Below, in pieces: positions 8,319 to 17,011 of a stretch of DNA of 64,000 nt. The position numbers were made by a program, and so were the translations under genes. The first letter of the stretch is position 1; every line of letters begins with the position of its first letter. The notes beneath the pieces are model-generated. The model saw only the letters and a program-made list of their open reading frames with translations, searched no databases and was not told the DNA's origin. This DNA comes from Candidatus Tectimicrobiota bacterium (lineage in GTDB: Bacteria; Tectomicrobia; Entotheonellia; Entotheonellales; Entotheonellaceae). The stretch is from positions 361 to 64,360 of the forward strand of contig JAKZSW010000003.1 of NCBI GenBank assembly GCA_047517385.1, in the 5' to 3' direction.

Positions 8319-9833
8319 ATGAAAAATGCTACTTCTCATACAGATGAATGGACACCATCGCCTCTGGATATCCCGCCGCATTGGGAGCAAATGGACTTCG
8401 AAGATGCATTCGAGAACATTTCTCTCTCGGATCTCAAAATACCCCAGAAGCAATACCTTTCTTCCGGTATGGTCCCGATAGTTGATCAGGGAGTGGATTT
8501 GATTGGAGGATTCACGAATGACGCAGCAAAAAGCATCCAACCGAATCGCGCCCTGATAGTTTTCGGTGATCATACGAAATGCTTCAAGCTTGTCGGATTT
8601 CGGTTTGCACCGGGGGCCGACGGAATAAAGGTTCTGAAGCCAATTACCATCGACGAGCGTTTTGCGTACTACGCGTGCAAGGCATTGCGTTTACCAGATA
8701 GGGGTTATTCAAGGCATTACGCGTTTCTCAAGAAAAGTAAAATTCCTCTCGCCCCTCATAACGAGCAACTCCGCATCGTCGCAAAGATTGAGGAGCTATT
8801 TTCCGAACTGGACAAAGGCGTCGAGAGCCTGAAGACGGCGCGGGCGAAGCTCAATGTCTACCGCCAGGCCATGCTCAAGCACGCCTTCGAAGGCAATCTC
8901 ACGGCCCAGTGGCGCGAAGAGAACAAAGACAAATTTGAGACGCCCGAGCAGTTGCTGGCTCGCATCAAGCAGGAACAAGAAGCGCGTTACGAACAGAAAC
9001 TCAAGGAATGGAAAGTTGCCGGGGAAAAGGGCAGTAAACCCAGATCTCCGAAATCGCTGCCGCTGCTCACCGCCGAAGAACTAGCCGAATTGCCAGAGTT
9101 GCCGGAGGGGTGGTGCTGGACTCGATTCGGCCTTCTCGACATAGAATTAAAGAGAGGCCCTTTCGGGAGCTCGATTACAAAAAGCATGTTTGTTCCGAAC
9201 GGCTTCAAGGTTTATGAACAAGGGAATGCTATTTACCGTGATGCCTCAAGAGGAAGCTATTTCATCAGTGACGAGAAATATGAAGAATTATCGGGTTCTG
9301 CAGTTTATCCCGGTGATTTCATCGTGAGTTGTGCTGGAACAGTAGGAAGGATTTTTGAGCTTCCAGAAAATACGAAAGCCGGAGTCATCAATCAAGCGCT
9401 TATGCGTGTACGCATCAATGACACGATTCTAAGCAAGCCCCTTTTTGCAAAGTTATTTGAATCTGCCTTCTTTCAACGGAAATTGCTTTCGGATGCGAAA
9501 GGTACGGCAATGGTGAATTTGGCCGGAATGAAAGAACTTAATTTGATTCCAGTTGCAATTTGCAGTGTGAGCGAGCAGAAATCAATTGATGAGTTGCTTG
9601 ATTCACGACTTTCCGAAGTTGACCAAAGCGAACAAGCCATCACCACGTCATTGAAACAGGTCGAAGCCCTGCGCCAGTCAATCCTGAAAACAGCCTTCTC
9701 CGGCCAACTCGTCCCGCAGGACCCGAATGACGAGCCTGCATCCATCCTGCTTGAGCGCATCAAAGCCGCAAAAGCTGCGCGGCCTCAAAACAACACGCGG
9801 GCAAAACGCAGACGCACGGCGGCAATAGCATGA
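8319..9833 (+). CDS. hsdS: Type I restriction-modification specificity subunit
   Basis: The ATG at 8319 lies 1 nt after the hsdR stop. Two variable target-recognition regions, visibly lower in G+C, are each followed by a conserved helix (YRQAMLKHAFEGNL and LRQSILKTAFSGQL). Confidence 0.85.
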   Translation: MKNATSHTDEWTPSPLDIPPHWEQMDFEDAFENISLSDLKIPQKQYLSSGMVPIVDQGVDLIGGFTNDAAKSIQPNRALIVFGDHTKCFKLVGFRFAPGADGIKVLKPITIDERFAYYACKALRLPDRGYSRHYAFLKKSKIPLAPHNEQLRIVAKIEELFSELDKGVESLKTARAKLNVYRQAMLKHAFEGNLTAQWREENKDKFETPEQLLARIKQEQEARYEQKLKEWKVAGEKGSKPRSPKSLPLLTAEELAELPELPEGWCWTRFGLLDIELKRGPFGSSITKSMFVPNGFKVYEQGNAIYRDASRGSYFISDEKYEELSGSAVYPGDFIVSCAGTVGRIFELPENTKAGVINQALMRVRINDTILSKPLFAKLFESAFFQRKLLSDAKGTAMVNLAGMKELNLIPVAICSVSEQKSIDELLDSRLSEVDQSEQAITTSLKQVEALRQSILKTAFSGQLVPQDPNDEPASILLERIKAAKAARPQNNTRAKRRRTAAIA

Positions 9834-11374
9834 CCGGCAAACTTCCCATCAACATCAACCACCTGCTTCGCCAGCGCACCATTGAAGGCGAGCGAATCGA
9901 GTGCAAGGCTGGTTGGAATCCGCAGCGCGTGCTGCACACAATCTGCGCCTTCGCCAACGACTTCCACAATCTCGGCGGTGGCTACATCGTGTTGGGGGTC
10001 GAGGAGCGCGACGGTCTCCCAGTGCTCCCGCCTAAGGGCATTCCTCAGATACTATCGATGCGATCCAGAAGGAACTGCTGAATCCAGGCAATTCGGCCTA
10101 CAGCCCTATTACCACCCGCTTGCGGGGACCTACGCTATTGACGGCCGGACCATACTCGTGCTCTGGGCACCTGCGGCGAAACCCGTCCTTACAAAGCCAA
10201 AGTAAATCTCACCAAGGGGCGCTCGGAGTGGGCATACTTCGTTCGCAAACACACAAGCACGGTCCGTGCGAGAGGCCGCGATGAACGCGACTTACTGAGC
10301 TTGGCGGCCACCGTGCCCTTTGATGACAGGTATCGCCAGACGGCTTCGCTTGATGACCTTTCGCATCGGCTTATCCAGGAATTTCTGCGCGACATCGGCA
10401 GCGACCTCGCCTCTGAGGCGGTCGGTCTCTCGATTGAGAGCCTGGGTCAACGCATGAACATCGTCGGCGGTCCTCCCGAAGCGATGTTTCCCAAGAACGT
10501 CGGCTTGCTGTTTTTTAACGACCGCCCGCACGACTTCTTTCCGGCAACCCAGATTGATGTTGTTTGGTTCCCGGATGGCCCTGGCGGAGACCATTTCGAG
10601 GAGAAGGAGTTTCGCGGCCCTTTGTCGATCATCCTCAGCGAGGCGATCAGCTACATCGGACGGAACTACCTGAAGGAAACGGTCGTCAAGCATCCACACA
10701 GGCCCGAAGCGGAGCGATTCTGGAACTTTCCCATTGGGGCCATCGAAGAGGCGCTGGTGAATGCGATCTACCACCGCTCATATGAAGAGCGTGAACCTGT
10801 CGAAGTGCGCATCACCTCTGAAGAGTTGGTCGTCTTGAGCTTTCCGGGCGCCGACCGATCGATCCGCATGGAAGATTTCAAGAACGGGCAAGCCGTCAGC
10901 CGCCGCTACCGTAATCGTCGAATTGGAGAGTTTCTCAAGGAACTCGAGTTGGCCGAGGGCAGGTCCACCGGAGTCCCCAAGATTCTGCGAGCCATGCAGC
11001 AGAACGGCTCCCCGGAGCCGGTCTTCGAGAGCGACGAGGACCGAACCTGGTTTCTGGTTCGGCTGTCGGTGCATGAGCGGGCGGCTAACGAGGCATCCGG
11101 GCAAGATACCCTGCAAGATACCGGACAGGTCACCGATCACGTCAAGCAACTCGTGGCTGTCCTCACCGGAAAGATGAGCCGCGCCCAAATCCAGGCAGCA
11201 TTGCAACTCAAAGACCGGAACCACTTCACCACTGTCTATCTGAAGCCCGCCCTCGAAGCCGGCCTGATTGAAATGACGCTCCCCGGCAAGCCGACCAGCC
11301 GGAACCAGCGTTATTGGCGAACCGCGGCCGGCGATGCCTTGGCTCGACAAACCATGGGGGAAGGATTCGTCTGC
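9830..11374 (+). pseudogene. AlbA_2 (Schlafen-like) + HATPase_c_4 ATP-binding protein, multiply frameshifted
   Basis: The ATG at 9830 overlaps the hsdS stop (ATGA). N-terminus ERIECKAGWNP..ICAFANDFHNLGGGYIVLGVEE is the AlbA_2 signature. ALVNAIYHRSY..VEVRI..SFPG and RNRRIGEFLKELELAEGRSTGVPKI form the HATPase_c_4-like C-terminal module. The reading frame moves 2>1>0>2 between about 10046 and 10180 (fragments 9830..10081, 9882..10205, 10301..). No stop codon precedes hsdM. Confidence 0.75.
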
Positions 11375-12865
11375 ATGAACACCGCTCCCATCGTCTCCAA
11401 AGTCTGGAGCTTCTGTACCACCCTGCGCGATGACGGGGTGAGCTATGGCGACTACCTGGAGCAGCTCACCTATCTGATCTTCCTCAAGATGGCCGACGAG
11501 TACGCCAAGCCGCCATACAGCCGCGAGGTCGGCATCCCGGCCGAATTCAACTGGCAGAGCCTGAAGTCGAAAAAGGGGGCGGAGCTCGAAGGCCACTACG
11601 TTACCCTGCTGCGCGAGCTCGGCACCCGGGCGGGCATGCTGGGCCAGATCTTTACCAAGGCGCAGAACAAGGTCCAGGACCCGGCCAAGCTGTTCCGCCT
11701 TGTCGACATGGTGGACGACACCGAATGGGTGACCATGGGCGCCGACGTAAAGGGCGACATTTACGAAGGGCTCCTGGAGAAGAACGCCGAGGACACCAAA
11801 TCAGGCGCCGGCCAGTATTTCACGCCGCGCGCCCTCATTCGTGCCATGGTGGAATGCGTGCGGCCCGAACTGGGCACGCGCATCGCCGACCCGGCCTGCG
11901 GCACGGGCGGGTTCTTTCTGTCGGCCTACGACTTCATCACCAACTCGGACAACTTCAGCCTCGACCGGGAGCAGAAGGCGTTCCTGAAACACGAGGCGTT
12001 TCACGGCAACGAGATCGTCGCCAACACGCGGCGGCTGTGCCTGATGAACATGTTCCTGCACAACATCGGTGAGATCGACGGCGGCGCGCCCATTTCGCCG
12101 AACGATTCGCTGGTGGCCGATGCCGGCCAGCGCTTTGACTACGTGCTGGCGAACCCGCCTTTTGGCAAGAAAAGCTCCATGAGCTTCACGAACGAGGAGG
12201 GCGAACAGGAAAGGGACGACCTGACCTACAACCGGCAGGACTTCTGGGCGACCACCGCGAACAAACAACTCAATTTCGTGCAGCACATTCGCACCATGCT
12301 CAAGACCACCGGCCGGGCTGCCGTTGTCGTGCCGGACAACGTGCTGTTCGAGGGCGGCGCCGGCGAGACGATCCGCAAGAAGCTGCTGGACACCACGGAC
12401 CTGCACACCATCCTGCGCCTGCCGACCGGCGTGTTCTACGCGCAAGGGGTCAAGGCCAACGTGATCTTCTTCGACAACCACGAAGCCAGCCCGCACCCCT
12501 GGACGAAGCAGGTCTGGTACTACGACTACCGCACCAACATCCACCACACGCTGAAGAAGAAGCCGCTGCGCTTCGAGGATCTGTCGGACTTCGTCACCTG
12601 TTACAACCCGCAGAACCGCCACCAACGCAAGGCGACCTGGGACGAACATGAGGCGCCGGAAGGCCGCTGGCGCAGCTACAGCTACGAGGAACTGACGGCC
12701 CGCGACAAGACCAGCCTCGACATCTTCTGGCTGAAGGACAAGAGCCTGACCGACCTGGACAATCTGCCCGAGCCCGACAACCTCGCCGAAGAAATCATCG
12801 CGAACCTGGAAGCCGGCCTTAACAGCTTCCGCGAAGTACTTGCCGAATTGCAGCGGTCAGGGTAG
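11375..12865 (+). CDS. hsdM: Type I restriction-modification N6-adenine DNA methyltransferase subunit
   Basis: Internal ATG at 11375 of ORF 10301..12865, with a GGGGGAAGGA SD upstream. The HsdM N-terminal domain starts MNTAPIVSKVWSFCTTLRDDG. Motif I is DPACGTGGF and motif IV is NPPFG. Confidence 0.9.
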   Translation: MNTAPIVSKVWSFCTTLRDDGVSYGDYLEQLTYLIFLKMADEYAKPPYSREVGIPAEFNWQSLKSKKGAELEGHYVTLLRELGTRAGMLGQIFTKAQNKVQDPAKLFRLVDMVDDTEWVTMGADVKGDIYEGLLEKNAEDTKSGAGQYFTPRALIRAMVECVRPELGTRIADPACGTGGFFLSAYDFITNSDNFSLDREQKAFLKHEAFHGNEIVANTRRLCLMNMFLHNIGEIDGGAPISPNDSLVADAGQRFDYVLANPPFGKKSSMSFTNEEGEQERDDLTYNRQDFWATTANKQLNFVQHIRTMLKTTGRAAVVVPDNVLFEGGAGETIRKKLLDTTDLHTILRLPTGVFYAQGVKANVIFFDNHEASPHPWTKQVWYYDYRTNIHHTLKKKPLRFEDLSDFVTCYNPQNRHQRKATWDEHEAPEGRWRSYSYEELTARDKTSLDIFWLKDKSLTDLDNLPEPDNLAEEIIANLEAGLNSFREVLAELQRSG

Positions 12866-12984
12866 TTGAACGAACGGTCAGACCGCAGGCGAGGCGGCCA
12901 TTCGAACGCCGCAAACCCCTGGGCCCCAACCTTCGCCGTCGCGTCGTGCCTTGGCGTCCAGGCGCGGGGTTTTGGCAATGGAGT

Positions 12985-13014
12985 GTCGGATTACGCTTCG
13001 CTAATCCGACCTAC
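12985..13014. repeat. REP-like hairpin (GTCGGATTA-N8-TAATCCGAC followed by CTAC)
   Basis: Perfect 9-bp inverted repeat with an 8-nt loop, in the hsdM/EEP intergenic region. Its architecture and the ..CCGACCTAC tail resemble enterobacterial-type REP units. Only one copy was seen in the window. Confidence 0.4.
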
Positions 13015-13052
13015 AGCTTGATAAGGAATCAAACGAGGGGGCTGTCAAGCGA

Positions 13053-13943
13053 ATGCTCAAGTTACGATTCTTGCTGTGCTTCTTTGCGTTGGCCCTGCTG
13101 ACTTCGGCTTGCCATGACGAGGTGGGATCGCGGCTGCGGGTCGCGGCGTGGAACCTGGAGCATCTGGACGATACAGGCGCCGACGGCTGCCTGCCGCGGG
13201 AGCAGGCCGACTACGACGCCATCGCGGTGCAGGTGAAGGAACTCGCTTTGGACATCGTCGCGTTCCAGGAAGTGGAGAACGAGGCGGCGGCACACCGGGT
13301 TTTCCCCAGATCGGACTGGCACGTGGAAATGTCGTCCCGTCGTCCCGACGCGCGTCCGGGTCCCGAATGTTGGGATCGGCCGGGCCAACGTCTGGGTCAC
13401 TTGGCGACGGGGTTCGCCATCCGCCGGGGGATCGCTTATCGCCGCAACGCCGACCTTGAGATCCTGGGCGAAGCGAGCCATTTCGAGCGGTGGGGCACCG
13501 ATATCACGGTGACGAAAAGCGGACAAAACCTGCGGCTACTGTCGGTTCACCTCGTAACAGGGTGCTGGGGAGAGCCAAATGACAGAAACCCCGAGGACGC
13601 GGAAGATTGCGCCGTGCTTCGCGGCCAGATCACCCGGCTCAAGGATTGGGCCGACGCCCGGCGGGCGGAGGGTTCGGGGTTCGTCATCCTGGGAGATTTT
13701 AACCGGCGCCTCGCGTTGCCTGACGACTGGGCGTGGCGAATCCTATCGCCACCGAGCGCGCCGCTTGTCTTGTCCACCTCGGACCTGACCACCCAATGCG
13801 ACCCCCGGTACACGTCGTTGATCGACCACTTGGTTCTCAGCGGCGGGGCCGAGGGGCTGCTGGTGCCGGACTCGGTCCACGAATGGCCCCGGCACGGCGA
13901 GCATCCCGATCATTGTGCCGTGTCGGCGGATTTCCAGTTTTAG
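13053..13943 (+). CDS. Endonuclease/exonuclease/phosphatase (EEP) family lipoprotein
   Basis: 296 aa. Signal peptide with a lipobox-like LLTSAC. EEP motifs: RVAAWNLEHL, DIVAFQEVE, ILGDFNR, DHLVLS and a C-terminal DH. Confidence 0.8.
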   Translation: MLKLRFLLCFFALALLTSACHDEVGSRLRVAAWNLEHLDDTGADGCLPREQADYDAIAVQVKELALDIVAFQEVENEAAAHRVFPRSDWHVEMSSRRPDARPGPECWDRPGQRLGHLATGFAIRRGIAYRRNADLEILGEASHFERWGTDITVTKSGQNLRLLSVHLVTGCWGEPNDRNPEDAEDCAVLRGQITRLKDWADARRAEGSGFVILGDFNRRLALPDDWAWRILSPPSAPLVLSTSDLTTQCDPRYTSLIDHLVLSGGAEGLLVPDSVHEWPRHGEHPDHCAVSADFQF

Positions 13944-14035
13944 ACGGGGTAAGCGTACCTGAGGATTGTCATACGTTCTGGTAAGGAAAACCGGTCTCAT
14001 CGTCTCACCGAATGTCCTTGATGGACCCCAACTCC

Positions 14036-17011
14036 TTACCCTCCTAGATCAGGATCGAATTCGTCATCACCCCAGCAGGCCACAGCGCCTATGTTGCGCA
14101 CCCCGCAGGTTTGAGCCCCCCCGGCACTGACCGAAGTAAACGTGCCCGCAGGCGGCGTGGACCGGCCATGGCCATTGGAACCCCAGCATTCCACGGCTCC
14201 CGTCTCACGCAACCCGCAGGTGTGAGAAACTCCGACACTGACCGACACAAAGGCGCCCGCAAGCCGTGTGGATTGACCATGGTCATCGCCACCCCAACAA
14301 GCCACAGCACCGGTTTTACGCAACCCGCAGGTGTGATGGTATCCGGCGCTGACAGAGACAAAGGTACCCGCAAGCGGTGTGGATTGACCAAATTCATCGC
14401 TACCCCAACATTCCATGGCACCCGTCTCCCGCACCCCGCAGGTATGGTGGTATCCGGCGCTGACCGAGACAAACATGCCCGCAGGCGGCGTCGATCGACC
14501 GTGGCCATTGGAACCCCAGCATGCCACGGCTCCCGTGTCACGTAACCCGCAGGTGTGACGGTACCCGGCACTGACCGAAGTAAACGTGTCCGCAGGCGGC
14601 GTGGCCTGACCATGCCCATCGCCACCCCAGCATTCCACGGCACCTGTCTCGCGCAACCCGCAGGTGTGACGGTACCCGGCACTGACCGAAGTAAACGCGC
14701 CCGCAGGCGGCGTCGATTGGCCATATGCATCGCCACCCCAGCATTCCACGGCGCCTGTCTCGCGCAACCCGCAGGTGTGATAGTACCGGGAACTGACCGA
14801 TGTCGTGCCCGCAGGCGTCGTCGATCGACCGTGGTTGTTGGAGCCCCAGCATTCCACGGCGCCCGTGTCACGTATCCCGCAGGTGTGATAGTACCGGGCA
14901 CTGACCGAAGTAAACGTGCCGGCAAACGGCGTGGATTGACCATGCTCATCATCACCCCAGCATCCCACGGCTCCCGTGTCACGTAACCCGCAGGTGTGAT
15001 GGTACCCGGCACTGACCGAGACAAACGTGCCGGCAAGCGGCGTGGACTGACCATGCTCATCATCACCCCAGCAATTCACGGCGCCTGTCTCACCTACCCC
15101 ACAGGTGTGAAAGCCCCCGGCACTGACCGAGGTGAGCATGCCCGCAGGCAGCGTGGATTGACCATGTTCATCGCTACCCCAACATTCCGCCGCGCCCGTC
15201 TCACGCAACCCGCAGGTGTGATGGTACCCGGCACTGAGCGAGACAAACGTGCCCGCAGGGGGCGTCGATCGACCATGGCCATTTGAACCCCAGCATTCCA
15301 CAGCGCCCGTGTCACGCAACCCGCAGGTGTGATAGTACCGGGCACTGACCGAGACAAACGGGCCCGCAGGGGGCGTGGACTGACCGTCGCTATCCCAACC
15401 CCAGCATTCCACGGCACCTGTCTCGCGCACCCCGCAGGTGTGAAAGCCCCCGGCACTGAGCGAAGTAAACGTGCCCGCAGGCGGTGTCGATCGACCATGG
15501 GCAGTTGAACCCCAGCATTCCACAGCGCCCGTCTCGCGCACCCCGCACGTGTGGTGGTACCCGACACTGACCGAAGTAAACGTGCCCGCAGGCGGCGTCG
15601 ATCGACCATATTCAGCATCGCCCCAGCATTTCATGGCGCCTGTTTCGTACACCCCGCAGGTGTGAAAGCCCCCGGCGCTGACCGAAGTGAACGTGCCCGC
15701 AGGCGGTGTCGATCGACCATGGGCAGTTGAACCCCAGCATTCCACGGCGTCTGTCTCGCGCAACCCGCAGGTGTGATGGTGCCCGGCACTGACCGAGACA
15801 AACGGGCCCGCAGGCGGCGTGGATCGATCATGGCCATTTGAACCCCAGCATTCCACGGCGCCCGTCTCACGCAGCCCGCAGGTATGGAAGATTCCGGCAC
15901 TGACCGAGACAAACGGGCCCGCAAGCGGCGTGGACTGACCGTCGCTATCCCAACCCCAGCATTCCACGGCGCCGGTCTCGCGCAACCCGCAGGTGTGAAA
16001 GCCCCCGGCACTGAGCGAAGTGAAGGTGCCCGCAGGCGGCGTAGACTGACCATGGCCATTTGAACCCCAGCATTCCACGGTACCTGTCTCACGCAACCCG
16101 CAGGTGTGAAAGACCCCAGCGCCAACTGAGACAAAGGTGTCCGCAGGCGGCGTGGACTGACCATAGTCGTTATCGCCCCAACACGTCACGGCGCCGGTCT
16201 CGCGCACCCCGCAGGTATGAAAGCCCCCGGCACTGAGCGAAGTAAACGTGTCCGCAAGCGGTGTGGATTGGCCATATTCATCACGACCCCAACATTCCAC
16301 AGTTCCCGTCTCGCGCAACCCACAGGTGTGACGGTACCCGGCACTGACCGAGATAAATCCCTCGATTCCGGTCCCCACCGTCACGCTTGCGTCATCACTG
16401 TCGGTCGCGCCGTCGTCGTCCGTGACGGTGAGCTGGAAAGTCAGCGTCTCGTCCATTGACACATCGGGTGCGGTGAACGCGGCGGCGGCACGGGCAGCCC
16501 CGGCAATCGATACCATCGTGCCGCCCGTCTGTTTCCACGTATGGCTGACAATCACGCCGTCGGAATCGTTGCCCGCCCCCGATAGCGTGACCACCGCGCC
16601 TTCAACGATAATCTTGTCAGGACCCGCATTGGCCAGTGGCGGTTCGTTGGGCGGCAGCAGGATGTCTAGGCACGACGGCAAACTGAGAGCCTTCTGGAAA
16701 ATGCAGAAGGCGTCCGACGCAGTAATGTTACCGTCCGGAGCACCCGGCCGGGGCAATACATCCGCGACGCTTTGTTGGCACGTACTCAGATCGGCCAGGC
16801 TCAACGCCTGTTGAAATGCCAGCAGGGCATCCGCGACGGTGACACTTCCGTTCTGATCGACGTCGCCATCGGGCTGACAGGTCTGTTGGGCGCCCGAAAG
16901 CACCGGCAGGCCTATGACAATAAGGGCCACGAGAAGGAGAGAACTGACATGGCGGCAGGTGGTGCGTTGGCCAAGAACGCAGGACAACAATCTCTGAGGT
17001 CGCTGAATCAT
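14036..17011 (-). CDS. Secreted dockerin-like/PKD-like protein with 21 RCC1-type repeats
   Basis: 991 aa. N-terminal signal peptide (..LPVLSGA/QQ). Two dockerin/EF-hand-like segments (DVDQNGSVTVADALLAFQQAL and PDGNITASDAFCIFQKAL). PKD-like module (ANAGPDKIIVEGAVVTLSGAGNDSDG..TVTDDDGATDSD). Then 21 copies of a 37-aa unit S(V/L)SAGxxHTCG(L/V)R(E/D)TGAVECWGxxxxGQSTPPAGTF. Confidence 0.85.
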   Translation of the reverse strand: MIQRPQRLLSCVLGQRTTCRHVSSLLLVALIVIGLPVLSGAQQTCQPDGDVDQNGSVTVADALLAFQQALSLADLSTCQQSVADVLPRPGAPDGNITASDAFCIFQKALSLPSCLDILLPPNEPPLANAGPDKIIVEGAVVTLSGAGNDSDGVIVSHTWKQTGGTMVSIAGAARAAAAFTAPDVSMDETLTFQLTVTDDDGATDSDDASVTVGTGIEGFISVSAGYRHTCGLRETGTVECWGRDEYGQSTPLADTFTSLSAGGFHTCGVRETGAVTCWGDNDYGQSTPPADTFVSVGAGVFHTCGLRETGTVECWGSNGHGQSTPPAGTFTSLSAGGFHTCGLRETGAVECWGWDSDGQSTPLAGPFVSVSAGIFHTCGLRETGAVECWGSNGHDRSTPPAGPFVSVSAGHHHTCGLRETDAVECWGSTAHGRSTPPAGTFTSVSAGGFHTCGVYETGAMKCWGDAEYGRSTPPAGTFTSVSVGYHHTCGVRETGAVECWGSTAHGRSTPPAGTFTSLSAGGFHTCGVRETGAVECWGWDSDGQSTPPAGPFVSVSARYYHTCGLRDTGAVECWGSNGHGRSTPPAGTFVSLSAGYHHTCGLRETGAAECWGSDEHGQSTLPAGMLTSVSAGGFHTCGVGETGAVNCWGDDEHGQSTPLAGTFVSVSAGYHHTCGLRDTGAVGCWGDDEHGQSTPFAGTFTSVSARYYHTCGIRDTGAVECWGSNNHGRSTTPAGTTSVSSRYYHTCGLRETGAVECWGGDAYGQSTPPAGAFTSVSAGYRHTCGLRETGAVECWGGDGHGQATPPADTFTSVSAGYRHTCGLRDTGAVACWGSNGHGRSTPPAGMFVSVSAGYHHTCGVRETGAMECWGSDEFGQSTPLAGTFVSVSAGYHHTCGLRKTGAVACWGGDDHGQSTRLAGAFVSVSVGVSHTCGLRETGAVECWGSNGHGRSTPPAGTFTSVSAGGAQTCGVRNIGAVACWGDDEFDPDLGG
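14050..16360 (-). repeat. In-frame 111-nt tandem repeat array (21 units) encoding the RCC1-like blades
   Basis: The 111-nt periodicity is visible directly in the DNA (recurring ccgcaggtgtga..ccccagcattccacgg). All other-frame ORFs in this interval are by-products of the repeat. Confidence 0.9.

Noticed and set aside
14089-16164. Several 100-325-aa ORFs on both strands within the RCC1 repeat region (14089..15066, 15094..15618, 15631..16164, 14111..14545 and others).
   Set aside because: They are alternative-frame echoes of the 111-nt coding repeat, with periodic Arg/Pro-rich sequences. Only the 991-aa frame has a signal peptide, domain logic and family-like repeats.
14050-16360. Regular 111-nt periodicity considered as a possible CRISPR or other non-coding array.
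   Set aside because: There is no alternation of a conserved repeat with unique spacers. The whole unit is conserved and in frame within a long ORF, and no cas genes are present.
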